Of a stretch of 64,000 nt of DNA, positions 24,121 through 38,512 are shown one piece after another; position 1 is the stretch's first letter, and each line of letters opens with the position of its first letter. The notes under the pieces are model-generated. The model saw nothing but the letters and a program-made list of their open reading frames with translations, was not told the origin of the DNA and ran no database searches. The DNA is from Octopus sinensis (lineage: Eukaryota), in contig NC_043005.1 of NCBI RefSeq assembly GCF_006345805.1, positions 38,564,001 to 38,628,000 on the forward strand, in the 5' to 3' direction. Both the position numbers and the translations under genes were made by a program.

Positions 24121-24980
24121 TAGTCTACCAGACTAATTTTTTAATATTTTTTAATTTTTTATTTCTGTATGTAAATAAACAGATGAATATACAGACGGAA
24201 TAGGTATATAGACTATACGAACAGACACATATGAAGACACGGATCCACACATATAAAGATGCACACCCATACATACAAACATGGTACATAGTTACATAAC
24301 ACACACAAACACACACACAGATATGCACACATAAGGAGACAGAGGTGCATATATATATACAAACACATGCTCACACACACATACATAGAAAATACACAAA
24401 CACGGACAGGCAAGCACATAAATATGCAGGATATGTTTCTGTTGCCTTAGTGGTCCTTTCATATAATCCAGCAAACTATAATAAGATATATTCAGTAGAA
24501 ACACGTGTCGAAATGTAAGACGAAGAAAATACTTTTTAATAAATAAGCTTTGAAGGTATGTAACTCTCCGTTCTTCACTGTTATGTCTTGATAATATACT
24601 ATGAATTTTACATGAAATACATTGAAATGCAATTGGGATTTACCAATAGAAAGGCGTAAAGTTACTTATTCTGAACGATTCTAAATGTGACCTATCATTC
24701 GATATTGTTAGCCAAGTCTGGATTTTGTCAGAATGCTCATGAAGTACTTGACTGGATTTAAAATTCCATTTCGTTTACACACACGTATACACATGCACAT
24801 GCACACACACACACACACACACACATACAGATAGGCATATATATATGTGTATGTGTATATGTATATACATATATATATATGTGCATATATGTATATATAT
24901 ATATATATATGTGCATATATGTATATATATATATATGTGCATATATGTATGTATATATATATGTATGCATATATATATAT

Positions 24981-25040
<60 letters not shown>

Positions 25041-25372
25041 CACATATATACTTATCCGTAATTAATAAAGGTCACAAAAATGACAGAGGGTAGTGGCTAG
25101 CTCCGCTTTTGGTAAAGATAAGAGTTAAACTAACTCAAAAGCACAAACGCACTGTCTTAAATGACTGATAAAGGGTGGTAAGCCTCCCAGCGTACATAGC
25201 CGGATCGCTATTATGAAAATTAAAAAGGCTGGTTTATTAGCAATAAGAACCCAAACGCGAAATTAATAGGGATCACAAAGTTAGTTTAACTTTTATCTTT
25301 ACTGACCTCTATTAATTTCGCTTTTAGGTGCAAATTACTAATAAGCCATATATATATATATACATATATATG

Positions 25373-25514
25373 AACGTAAAGTGTACTAGCCATCTGAATG
25401 TGGCTAGCCACTGGGGACGGGTGTTACTGAAGCTTTTAGACACACTTTCTAAAAGCTTCAGTAACACCCACCCCAGTGGCTAGCCACATTCAGATGGCTA
25501 GTACACTTTACGTT
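25373..25514. repeat. Near-perfect palindrome, ~67-bp arms, 7-nt loop
   Basis: AACGTAAAGTGTACTAGCCATCTGAATGTGGCTAGCCACTGGGG..CTTTTAGA/CACACTT/TCTAAAAG..CTTTACGTT, with one small mismatch/indel. Confidence 0.95.
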
Positions 25515-26358
25515 GTCGAGCGGTTACTGTTTACATCTCGTTCGGAGATTTATTAATGCTTATATATATGAGGTTTTATCTGAAATACCTGTACCTCTGA
25601 GGCACTATTTATTTGTAGAATATTCTTTCTTAAATGTGATTGAAGTTTGTGCGTGTTTGCATATGTGTGTCTGTGTGTTCGTGAACATATATGTATACGT
25701 GAGCACGTGCGTTTGTCTGTTTACATGTTACGTCTCCAAAACGTAGCGGTTCAGCAGAAAAATAAGTACCAGACTGAAAAATACGTTTTTGGTGTCGATA
25801 ATACATTTGAAACACAAGACAAATGCTGAAAGCTGTAATAGGTGTTTGCAAGAGCAAAATAGTGATTCGACCTGCCCATTCTTTCAAAGTTGTTTACCTT
25901 GCTGTAAAATTACAAGTTCAAGTTTTATAACGAGTTGATAACTTAGTAATCACCAGATGATAAACAAAAGCGTCTTCTCGGGGAAAAAGAAAACAAGGCG
26001 AAAACAACAGGATATATTAACAAAGTTCCGGTTCCTGATGGTGTCTACAGGTGTATGTTTATGCGTGTGTGCTACTGTTCATCCCCACCTCTGTATGTGT
26101 GTATGTGCGTTTCTGTTTAATTGTACATACTAATGTATGAATGCTTATAATGCATATTTTATGCTTGTGTGCGCAGTATATATGAATGTATGCGTGTGTA
26201 TAGACACAATTACACACATATATTTACACCTATGAATGTATACAGAAATACTTCAACATACACATATATATTAATCTATATAGGTATATATACAGACACT
26301 GATGCACACGCACGTGCTCAGACACACACACCCACACACATGTATGTATGTATGTATG

Positions 26359-26389
<31 letters not shown>

Positions 26390-26799
26390 TTTGTGCATTG
26401 TGTAGCTAGCAGGCTGTAAATGAATTCAATGATTAATTGCTATTGCCAACGAATCTGCTGGAAACACGTGGTGGTGGTTATTGATATTCCTAATAAATAA
26501 CATTACTCGCTGACATTTGCACTGCTCTCAGCTTTACACATTTTACACGTGACGTTGGAGACAGTAGGGAGACGACTTGGTTGCTTTTCTGTTTCCTTGC
26601 CCGTGTTTCATTGCTCTGAGGTCAAATCCTGTTGACGTTGACATTGGATATCATACTTTTCGGATCAATATAAAACGCTATCATTGATTCCTTTATGACT
26701 TAGAATTAAAGTATATTGTAGCAATGCAGTACTATTGTTGTTCGATTATATCACGGGTGCTTTTATTTTGTTTCACTCGATCCGTTGTTGACTTCTACA

Positions 26800-26995
26800 A
26801 GGAGAAAAGTGTTATCTGCAGGAAATCCAAGGATAGACCTAGAGTGAAGGTGTTTGAGAATATTCATAATCTCAGTTGGTGGCGCTTGTGCAGTGTAATG
26901 ATGGTTGCTTTTGATAGAACCATTTGGAGGAGATGCACGAATACTTTACCTCTGCGACCCTCCTAAGAATAGTGAGTGGAAGAAATGGATGGATG
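26800..26995 (+). mobile_element. RTE LINE 3' end (related to 11060-11770)
   Basis: KSKDRPRVKVFENIHNLSW..DRTIWRRC, ending in a GGATGGATG tail. Confidence 0.55.
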
Positions 26996-27579
26996 TTTAG
27001 AAATAGTAAGACGAAGGCATACTGCAATGGTCGCCCCCAGAGCTATAGTAGAAGATACCTGCTCAAGGTGCCATGCAGCAGGACTGAACTCGATGCCATG
27101 TGGTTACAAAATGAGCTTTTTAACTGCATAGCCATTCCTGCGTTTATATGCTTGCATGTATCCGCGCGCACAGGTACTCCCTTATATTTTACAAAAACTC
27201 TACTAAGATTTTACAACAAAAATTCCATTCATCCGTTCTTCAAAATTGTACACGACTGTTCTGCAGACAGTGTCATGGAACGAGAGAAAAATAAAGAAGG
27301 ATGCTAGACAAATCTATTTGCTCTCGTATTTAAGGGTTATTACATCTTATAAAGAACAATTTCATGCTTTAGACGTCGGGGATGTGTGATTGAATACAAA
27401 TTAATTACTTTTTCAAGCACATTTCATCAATATTTCTGCCATCATACACCAGAAATGATATACGCTGTTTATTATCAGCAACGATATTCACATAGAATAT
27501 ACATAGGCAGACACACACATGCACAGACACACGGAAACACCCACCTAAACACACATGTATTATGTGAATATATATATAG

Positions 27580-27610
<31 letters not shown>

Positions 27611-27613
27611 CAT

Positions 27614-27856
27614 ATATACATATTGCCTGTGAGCTTATACGCTCACATGCACGCAAAGACAGACATGCACACACACAGACACACAGAGACAAATACACAC
27701 ACACGCATACCCGTGCACACACACACACACGCACGCACACAAACACATACGCACACACACACACGCACAAACAGGCACACATATACAGATGCGCTTAGAC
27801 ATTATACGTTCAGGCGCATATAGATAGAGATTAATCAAAATGAAAGAATATTCATT
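27614..27856 (+). repeat. Donor of the direct duplication at 28822-29060
   Basis: ATATACATATTGCCTGTGAGCTTATAC..(CA)n..GAAAGAATATTCATT occurs twice, 1.2 kb apart, with several substitutions. Confidence 0.95.
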
Positions 27857-28627
27857 TTCATTTCGGAGTAGGATTTCTCCCTTGGAAGTTGAAATTATTC
27901 TAAATGAGTTAAACCTCATATGGAATGATCAGGTGTTCATAGTGAATTTGAAATAAGCGAGAAGAGGCAATTTCTACTTATTGGAGAATGTGTATGAACA
28001 ATATTGTAATTGGGAATTTTGCTGAGATATTTTTAAAATGAAATGTATTTATATATCATATTCTAAAATATGCTGCATATATTTTGTCTTGCACACTGCT
28101 ATATCTAACAAACGGCTACTTTTTAATTTATTCATAGTGTCGTAGTGTCAGAGAAAGAAAATAGTTTTAGTTAGGAGAAATAGTTTTAGGAAGGAGAGAA
28201 TAAAAAAACCCACCGGTATAGGGGAACCTTGCCGGGCTGTAGAAAACCTCTGTGTGTGTAATTGTTAGAGTATGAGACTAGAATCGCCATCTGTGTATTA
28301 TACTATATGCATACATACAGTTAAAAGGCATGGGTCTATAAAATTGTCTAAGATAAAAATCCTTTCATAGATTTGTTGCGTTAAAACCCCAATATATAAT
28401 ATATATAGTAAACAAAGTTTGGAAGCGCCGAAGTGTTGCTATTTTACAGACAAGAATGTAAATTTCATAGTTATACTGCAAGGCATGGATCTATGGAATT
28501 GTCTGCGATAAAATTTCAGGTATATATATATATATTTAAGAAATATTTGAGATTCAGTTGAACTAGATACTTGAGTTGAAGCACCATCTCAGTCCGGTAT
28601 TATCCTCCCTGATCGAAGTAGGATGAG

Positions 28628-29134
28628 TAAAATCAAAATAAGCAACAGGATATGAAGTAGTGATGCAGCACGACCGTTTCAAGCGGCTCCATCTACTTGA
28701 ACAATGCAATCATTACATCAATTTAAATGCAGTGCCATCTTCAGCTGCACAAATAAATATATAGAATTTTAATCAGTAGGACACATTAATGTAATTTTAA
28801 CCTACTGGTTAAAATTCTACAATATACATATTGCCTGTGAGCTTATACACTCACATGTACGCAAAGACAGACATGCACACACACAGACACACAGAGACAA
28901 ATACACACACACGCACATCCGCGCACACACATACACACGCACACACACACACATACACATACACACACGCACAAACACGCACACATATACAGATGCGCTT
29001 AGACATTATACGTTCAGGCGCATATAGATAGAGATTAATCAAAATGAAAGAATATTCATTGTTCTAGTAAATGGAGCCGCTTGAAACGGTCGTACTCCAT
29101 CATTACTTGATATCCTGTTGCTTATTTTGATTTT
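28628..29134. mobile_element. PLE-like fold-back (centre ~28790) with decayed hammerhead; right arm partly replaced by a 239-bp duplicated segment
   Basis: 28628-28702 is inverted at 29061-29134 and 28761-28780 at 28801-28819. The minus strand of 28663-28749 reads TGCAG-CTGAAGA..GAAA-CGGTCGTG-CTGCA. Confidence 0.65.
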
Positions 29135-29161
29135 ATATATATATATATATAAATACATATA

Positions 29162-29815
29162 TACGGTCACCCTATAAAGAACGCGGCTGTTTCAGTTGCA
29201 TGATGTTGGAGGGGGTCGGGAAAACTACCTGCATCAACTTGCTATAAAAGAAGTTAGAAATTTTACCTTATAATTATTCTTAGTGCAAGTTTTGAAGAGT
29301 ACAGTTCGATTTTAACGGTTATTGTTTCAAAGCTATAATGGAAGTGACAAGGGAGCATATTTGGCAATTTTTGCTTTATGAGTTCAATAAAGGCAACAAC
29401 AGAACGGAAAACGACCATCCTTGGTTTCAAGAGGAAAGGTGTTCTTCCATCAGGATAATGCTCGGCCACATACAACGAGGATGACATCCCAAAGGCTGGA
29501 GCCGTTTGAATGGGAAACGATGCCTCACTCATCAAATTCGCCGGACATTTCCCCACCTGGTTATCAATTCCACAGTCTTCAAAACCATTTGGACAGAAAA
29601 TATATGAATTCTGTAGACGAGGTCAGAATAGCACTGGAGGAATATTTTTCGTGACGGACAAGTGAATTTTGAAAGAGAGTCCACCGGATAGGTGGAAGAG
29701 CATTGTAGAAAACGAAGGGGATTTTTTTTTTAATTTTAAAGAACTTTGTTTATCTTAATTTTGAAAAGTAATAGAAGTATTAAAAAAAAACACATATCGG
29801 AATGGGACAAACGTC
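29162..29815 (+). mobile_element. Internally deleted mariner element
   Basis: MEVTREHIWQFLLYEFNKGN joins directly to VFFHQDNARPHT..WETMPHSSNSPDISPPGY (DNARPH and YSPDLAP-like motifs). Confidence 0.85.
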
Positions 29816-31317
29816 ATCGCTTCAGTAGCTTCCGAGGACGACAGACGCCTTTCGCCTTTCCTGAGGCTTCTTGGTGCTGTACACCCGTTTCTCACTTGCT
29901 CAATCGAAACTCATGTCTCGGTATAGAAAAAAAGAAAAAAGAAACTGCTGTGAATATATCATTCACGTGTACCTCAGAAGATTGTCGGGTTGTAGAAAAC
30001 TGCATCAAACTGAAGTCAACTGAAACTGCATCAAATTGAAATCATCATCTGCGTATCATATAAAATGTATAAACATCGCCAGAACGCATGATGCTGTAAA
30101 AATGCCTAATATAAATATATATTTTCATGGACTGTCTATATTAAATTTGTTTAAGCAGGCTACAAACGAGTGCACGGCATCGACAAACCTCAAAAAGGGC
30201 GAAATGCATCAGTTGTTTGAGTGACTCATTGCAGCGACGATACCCCTCTCACCCTGATATATTTCGCGTTTTTAACAGAACATCGAGATGAAGAAATTTT
30301 TCTCAGGCAAATCCACAACACCAAGCCTTTTAGCATTTTGTGCACATTTTGTAACAAAGACGGCGATGTATTTATATAGTATTAATAGCATATGGTAAGC
30401 ATATATAATATTCTATGCCTCATATAACATACACGTGTTTTGACAAATTACCAGCCAGAATTACACAGTTACTCGTTGAAAATTTTGTGATCTATAAATT
30501 CCCCGCCTATCTTGTGGTTTGATGAACTGCGTTGTGCAGCTCTGGATCTGAGGGTGGAGTGTGAGACGTACTACTTGTTAAGGTTTTGTTTTAACAATCT
30601 GTGACTAAGATCTGCATTACTCCAAGTTTTTCAGACGTAAACCACTCTGATCCTGTGCATACAGGGGTTCTGAAATCGTTAATACAAAACATGCATACAT
30701 ACATACATACATACATACATACATACATACATAGATCGAGACAGACAGAAATATATACACACATATATATATACATACATACACATGTACACATTTATAT
30801 AATCTAGACACATATATTGTTTGCGACAGATGCTGTCAAGGTAGAAAATAGCTTCTAAATGAAAGTGATTGTGGCTAAGGAAGACATTTAAGCAAGTTTG
30901 GCTCCATTGAAAAAGAAATTTATATCCAAAACTAAAATTATGTGTAGATCGGAGAGATAACGCGATGAGAGGTTGTCATAAACAGCAAGACAGAGGGAAG
31001 AAGGAGAATTGTCATCTTGAGGGTGTAAAATGAACAATGAAAGCAGTGATATTAAAATACAAATATTTATATGTTCTATGGACATAAATAATTAAAAGAA
31101 AACTTGCAGCATAAACGCAATTCTTAGTGATTAGGAAGCTTTGTTCATGATCATCAATTCAAAGGATTTCCTTTTTTCATATTGAAGTAAATATTTATAT
31201 TATGTATATATAAATAAAAGTACAAACTGATGACGTTTCCATATAACAGTTTTACAGTAAATATATTAGTATATATTCTGACAAGGTGATATTTTATACT
31301 ATCTATCTATCTATCTA

Positions 31318-31383
<66 letters not shown>

Positions 31384-31444
31384 GTGCATGTATGTATGTG
31401 TATGCGTCTGTATGTATATATGCATGCGTGTGTATGTATGCTTG

Positions 31445-31475
<31 letters not shown>

Positions 31476-31747
31476 GTGTGTATGAGTGCGCGTATATATG
31501 CGTATGTGTGTGTATACATTTATATATACATACGTGCATATATATATACATATGCATTTGCGGATTCTATGAATGAAGTATTACTTTCACTATTGGAGTA
31601 ATTTCCCTGTATTTAACGGTTTTTTCATAGCGTTTTGTCTTAATAGATGATGAGACAACCAAATAATTGTCACATGTTATATTTATAGATAAATTCCTCT
31701 ATTTTATATAATATCGTGGTCACATTCATTATTTTTGTCTTCTTCTT

Positions 31748-31837
<90 letters not shown>

Positions 31838-32199
31838 ATAATAATAATAATAATATATATATATATATCTGTCTACCTATCTACCTACGTATTTACTTAC
31901 CTACCTATCTATCTACCTACCTACCAACCTACCTACTTTCTTACCTATATAGCTAGCAATCAATCTATCTTTTTCATTTTCCCTCAGTGTCAAACTAATA
32001 TACCTTGTTTGTTGTTTCCTCACCTGTTTTCGGCTTTTTTGTACATTTGAACCACACACACAAACATACACGCACACACACACACCCAGAGTAAACCATC
32101 AAAAAGAGGAAATCCAAGAAAATACAAGAAAAGAGAAAATGAAATAAAATATTAATATAGTCGACCGGTTTCAGTTATGCTAATCATGAAGAAATAGCC

Positions 32200-32640
32200 A
32201 AAGATAATGTTATAAATTCATACTATGCCTACAAACAACGGAACCAAGAGTTAAAAATGTGGGTAGTTTAACTGTGGAAATCCATTTTTTACAAAGTAAA
32301 GGATTTAAAATTGAATCTGAGATTACCTGTGCATCCAAAAACTTAAAATGTATCACAGTTTGTTCGGGTTGTGGATACAGTTATATTAGTTAAACAAGAA
32401 TTTCTTTCAGACGGAGAACAACACTGCATAGAGAACAAATCTATTTCCCCAAATATAAACAAAACCACTAAGGGAACACGTAAAGAGAGGTGTGGGAAAT
32501 CTCCAACCAAAGTTCAAATGTTTTCCCTATATACCAATGCAATGGAATAACTTCTATAAAACAACAGTTAAAAAGCCTACATTTGTTGGAAAATATCAAC
32601 CACGACTTTATATGAACATATCACCAATTTAGACTATGTA
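32200..32640 (+). mobile_element. Penelope-like element GIY-YIG endonuclease remnant
   Basis: TCASKNLKCITVCSGCGYSYIS*TRISFRRRTTLHREQI matches the PLE C..NxIY..CxxC..YIGxT..R...H pattern; decayed. Confidence 0.65.
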
Positions 32641-32746
32641 AATAATATTTCATTTGATAAAAATATATATATATTGCAACTTTAAGTTTCTGTGCAATTT
32701 CCTCCTATTTATATCATGAAATTTTCTTCGAACATTTTCACTATGT

Positions 32747-32784
<38 letters not shown>

Positions 32785-32786
32785 TA

Positions 32787-32825
<39 letters not shown>

Positions 32826-33129
32826 ACCATGACCGTCATTTGCAAGTGAGTATGACCCTGTAACAGGTATCATAATTTCTAGAATTGTTTTAAGTGCCTG
32901 CGTAGTCACGAACAGATATAGACACACTGTTGGTCTTTCTACATTTGGCCCATTGGAATATGTAGAGTATGTTACATCAGGAGGAAAAGCGACTGCAATA
33001 TTAATCAGTGGTACTAAATGTTCCCTCCATAGACTAGAGCAACGCGGAATGGAATCTGTTGTACAAGTTCCAGATGAGTTACCTGATTCAGGAGACGAGC
33101 CCACAAGATAAATATCGTGATTATAACAC

Positions 33130-33163
<34 letters not shown>

Positions 33164-34311
33164 TGTATGTATGTATGTATGTATGTATGTATGTATGTAT
33201 GTATGTATGTATGTCCGTGTATGTATGTGCGCGTATGTATGTGCGTGTATGTGTGTGCGTGCGTGTGTGCGTGTGTGTCTTGCGTGCTTATGTGAGTGCA
33301 TGTATTCATGTATGTATTTATATGTATGTATATATATTTTTAGATATACCTTATGTTTCTCGAACCCTAGAACTCTTAAGGCCGATTACCCAGGCTCTAT
33401 GGTGTATAAATGGCCGAAATTGTAACATTGTCCCTGAAAAATATGCCCTTCTCTTTCGGAGTTCAATGCCAGAAATCTTTTGATGACATCGACGACTTGA
33501 CTGGTACATTGTTATATCGACTCTGTCGAAGTGACGAAAGTTAAAGTTAAGTTAGCTGGGATTTGAAATCAGAATATAGACAGCCTGAGGAAATGTCGCT
33601 AAGCATATATGCATATATGTATGTGTCAAAATTGGTATGTGTATTCTTGTATCTTTGTATATAAATTCCCGATTAATATTCCACCAGTTATTTTGTTTGG
33701 AAGATATATAAGAGCCGGCCTTTATCGAAATGACAACGTTCCTTTGTTGAAATGAACACACGAAACACCTGTCTGTGAATATATGTATGTATTCTCTTTG
33801 CTTTTATCCTTTAAAATTCTCAAACAACGGTCGTTAACGAAGGCGTAAGGTCTCTGCGATGAATTCCAAACAACAATTCAACAATTACTCGTTGAACTTT
33901 AGAAATATCTCGCATAATTTTACTTCCCAGCTTACGAAGGAGACAAACTTCACTCAGTTAATAAGTGATTTTCTCCTATTCACGAATCTGCCGTCTTTAT
34001 TCTATCGATTCTCATTTAATTCAACAAGCATTAACCTCTTTGAAAGGAATTGTTTCGTTACTGTTTATAGAAATACTAAAACTTTGGAAAGTTTAACTTG
34101 TTCTGAAATTGTTGTTAACAGATGAAATATAGGAAAATACGGATCAAAAATTTACTGCTGCCGTTTCTTTGACAACCCAGTATTATGCCACCGCCGATAT
34201 GTATGTCCGGATGACACGCAAATTCGTGAAGTGTTCCATATTTTCATATTCAAGATGGTGCCCCAGCATGGCCACAGTCTAATGACTGAAACACAATACG
34301 AGATAAGAAAT

Positions 34312-34737
34312 ACTCTTTTTCTCTTTTACTTGTTTCAGTCTTTTGACTGCGGCCATGCTGGATCACGCCATGAAGGGTTCTAGTCGAACAAATCGACCCC
34401 CAAGACTTATTTCTTGACTCTAGTACTTACTCTGTCGGTCTCTTTTTGCCGAAAGGCTTAGTTACACACCATCATACCAAACTAAACACACCAACACAGG
34501 TTGTCAAGCGGTGATGAGAGGACGAACATAGGCACAGTGTCACACCCACATAGATTCATACACATATACACGATGGGCTTCTTCTTTCAGTTTCCATCTA
34601 CCAATTCCATTCACAAGGCTTTTGGTTGACCCAGAGCTATATTAGAAGACAGTTACCCATGGTGCCACGAAATGGGATTGAATCCGGTACGATGTGGTTG
34701 GGAAGCCAGCTTCTTACTTTACAGCTACGCTGCACCT
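34312..34737 (-). mobile_element. Full-length tRNA-derived SINE
   Basis: Reverse complement is collinear with 54491-54866 from head to ..CAGCATGGCCGCAGTCAAAAGACTGAAACAAGTAAAAGAG tail. Confidence 0.85.
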
Positions 34738-35711
34738 ATTTATATTTATATCATAGGGAACAAGTCATGAGCTCATAAGGCCGGGTTTTCAGATTCTGTG
34801 GCGCATATATTCCAGAAGTGGACCGGAAATGGTTTGTCGCAAAATTACTCAATTTTGCTAGCTGAATGACCCGGAAGAACGTGAAGAACGTGAAATGAAG
34901 TCAACCGGCAGGGCATCTAGGAGTAGACCAAGAACGAGACAGTTGGTCACGCTCGGAAATCTATTCAGAAAACGTAAAGATGGTTATAACTTATAGGACT
35001 CTGGCGGAGTCCACGACCTTACATAGAATCGTGGGGGAGGAAAACAGCTGGATAGAAGACAACAACTAGAAGTGTTTAGTATATAACTGGGATTAGAATA
35101 TATATAAAATTGTATGTAAAGAAATTTAGAAAGCAAATGTGGACTCGTTTATCTCAAATACAGACAGTTCGGAAGATTCTGTTTAATAGTATACTTTTCT
35201 TTAGAATCTATGTATAGAAATTTATGTATAAAAGACATTAGGCTTGTATATGCAACACATGAGTGATTAACCATGGTTGTTTTAAACTGTTTAAGCTACA
35301 AACAATTCTTCAATATACAGTTATGGAATATTAATAAGTTTTCTGTTCCTTTTGTCGTGAATACATCTCAATACAAATGGCTACCTTTTCCAACCAGATG
35401 ATACCAAATATGGTGTTAGATGGACGCACGAGAGAGACATTGTACGAGAAGGCGTATACGTACACTTGTACTCACAAACACACATGCATAAAAGCAAACG
35501 TACACACACACACATACACAAGAAAGGATGCTTGTTATATTTTTACAATTTTTATTTAAATTAAAAATATATGACAGCACTTTTGCTAAAATGAAATTTT
35601 TGAGAGATTACTTTTGGGGTTTTTGTTTCAGAAAATGTTTGAAACTATTCTAAATGCACATAGTTAAAAACAAACTCACTGGCGCGAAATACGAAACAAT
35701 TCTGCGTATGG

Positions 35712-35761
<50 letters not shown>

Positions 35762-36196
35762 TATGGGCTACTTTCGGTTGTTCACACACGCACACGCACA
35801 CAAACACTCACACACACAAACACACACACAAACACACACACACGTTCTTCAAGGAGTTTCAGCCGTTACTAATAAATTGCTAACCTTATTTCGTCGAGTT
35901 AATGACTGAAACAAGAAAGAGAGAGAGACAGAGAGACAGAGAGACAGAGTGAGAGAGAGAGAGACAGAGAGAGAGTGAGAGAGGTGTGAGTTTGTGTGTT
36001 TGTGTGTGTTTCTTGTTCTCGGCAATTCTCTTGTATTTATTTGGCATAGAATATCATGTTAGTGGTTCCACTGGATGTTCGGAAAACACAGGAATTCTAG
36101 GACTTTTTCCAAAATGACCAGGAGACATTTCTTGAGTATTAGAGCAAATATATTTCCCACAATACTACGTAACGAGATTCCACGACACTTTCCACA

Positions 36197-37016
36197 AGTT
36201 TTTTCCTTTTCTTCTATGATCTAGAAAAGACACTTGACAGTGTACCGAGACCAGGTATGTGGATAGTCTTTGATCGTTTCGGATGTCCTGATCATTTTGT
36301 CTCCCTGCTCCAAGCCCTGTACGAAGGTATGACCGAAGGTGTCTTTCATCATGATCAATTCTCAAAAGAATTCCTAATTCCATGCGGATTGAAAGAAGGT
36401 TGCGTTCTCGCTTCTGCGCATTTCTCCCTATACCTTGCTTCAGTGGTCTATGAACTTGTCCCGGATCAGCCAGAAGTGGATATAAGATATCGTTTGGATG
36501 GAGGACTCTTCAACTGAAGTTTCGATCAAAGAACGTCACCAGTACCACGTGAATCTCAGAAGTGCATTACGCCGATAACAACGTAGTAATCATTCACTTA
36601 TATTCGAACAGCAACAAGCTATCAATAATTTCATCGGTATATATCAGCGTCTTGGGCTCACTGTAAATACTAAAATGCACACGTCTTCGACACCCGAATT
36701 CTGTCTTTCCTGGCTTCAACATCACATCATGATTTTGGGCACACCATTTGAGCATGTTAATCCCTTTGCATAACTTGAAGCGTTCTCTTTAACAAATGCA
36801 ATCCTGAGCAAGCTGTGGAACGAAGAATAGTATTGTCTTGCTCAACGTTCGGTAAACTAACAAAACGCGTATTCAAAAGCAACGATCTGACTTTGAAAAT
36901 GGCGATTAAGGTCTACCAAGCTGTTGTCATATCTATGCTCTTATATGGTTGTGAAACCTGGACTTTGTATTGTCATGACATCAAAAAACTCGAAGGCTTC
37001 AGCAACTGAAACTTCG

Positions 37017-37080
<64 letters not shown>

Positions 37081-37545
37081 AACATCAAGTGGTTTGACCA
37101 TGTCACTTTTAACTCTGTGATGGAAAGAGCGAATAGTCAGCGCCGTGAATCCTTAATCATCAAATACTGTCTTCGATGGGTCGGCTCTGTCACTAGGATG
37201 AACGATGAACGATTTCCTCGTCAAATCCTCTTCAAGCGAACTGTCAACCGGGAAAGAATAAAGAGGTACCTCTCTTCGACGCTACAAAGGTGAGCTAAAG
37301 TTAACTCTGAATCAGACAAGTTACGACCTCCTGGTTTTGAAACGACCGTAATCGACCGTCCCGAATACCGACAAAACATAAGCAATGATTGGTTGAAAGA
37401 GAAGGAATAAGAAAGGAGGTGAAACAACGGTAACGGAAGGCCAGACACCAGTAATCACGATCGATTCCGACATTCACATGTGACCAATGATGCCATCGTA
37501 TGTTCTACGCGAGAATTCGCCACCGCTATTAATGGTTCAAATATT
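36197..37545 (+). mobile_element. RTE-BovB-like LINE, 5'-truncated, decayed RT
   Basis: FYDLEKTLDSVPRPGMW..FGCPDHFVSLLQALYEGM..GLKEGCVLA..YRLDGGLFN, then HYADN (YADD motif) and KVYQAVVISMLLYGCETWTLY. Interrupted by (CT)n. Confidence 0.9.
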
Positions 37546-38059
37546 CGTCCAGGAGGAGAAATCAATCTTTGGATTCGAAGGACGAACCGACGACACTGAC
37601 GAATGTCTGTCTGTCTGTCTGTCTGTCTGTATGTATGTACGTTTCTTTGGGATTTGGTTGATATATATGCGTGTTGTAAACATGTGTGTTCGTGCGTATA
37701 AACTTGCAGTCGTATATGTGCGTGCCATAACAGAACATAGTTGCGTGTGTCTCATTACTACGTTTATGCTTTATTTGTGACTTAAGTTCCTCACGCCGTT
37801 CAAGTCGGTAGCAGGCAAAGTGACAAGATATTTTAATTAATGACACTTCCCGGGGTCTGTAAATATGTCGATGAGTTTAAGTGGGCACATATGTAGGAGT
37901 ATGCACATATATTTATGCTCTGCGCGAATAAGCCTGTTTACCATTTAGGTGTCGGTGCATAGGTGTATGTATGAGTGAGCATCATTAGTTATTTACATAT
38001 GTGTCTTTTCAGATGCACGTGACCGAGCATTTGCATATATTCATTTGAAGAACCTCTGA

Positions 38060-38290
38060 CACAGAATCTTTGAAATGTCTTTAAAATGTTTACTGTGCCG
38101 CTAACAGATTTAATTTGGAGGATGCACGATAGTTGCTCTTGCTCTTTCTTAGAAAATGTATGTGTATAAAAACAATTTTCATTGGGCACTGAAAATGAAA
38201 ACCTTTCAAACAGATTGCTAAAGCCCCTATTTGAAAAAGAATCAATAAAAAATGCAAAGATTGCAGAAATGTACTGATGACTGTCAGAGA
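38060..38290 (-). mobile_element. R4/Dong-like (RLE) non-LTR element C-terminal remnant
   Basis: IGALA.. and LQIKSVSGTVNILKTFQRF resemble the C-terminus at 52282-52673. Abuts (TAA)n. Confidence 0.5.
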
Positions 38291-38304
38291 TAATAATAAT
38301 AAAG

Positions 38305-38362
<58 letters not shown>

Positions 38363-38381
38363 TAACAACAACAACAAAAAC

Positions 38382-38413
<32 letters not shown>

Positions 38414-38445
38414 TGAGGGTGATGGTGATGATGAGGATGATGATG

Positions 38446-38500
<55 letters not shown>

Positions 38501-38512
38501 TAATAATAATAA
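38290..38512. repeat. (AAT)n/(GAT)n trinucleotide microsatellite
   Basis: Directly visible; source of the poly-I/L/N ORFs. Confidence 0.95.

Noticed and set aside
30480-30690. Possible further R4/Dong-like 3' end followed by (CATA)n
   Set aside because: Similarity to the 52282-52673 peptide is too weak to support by eye.
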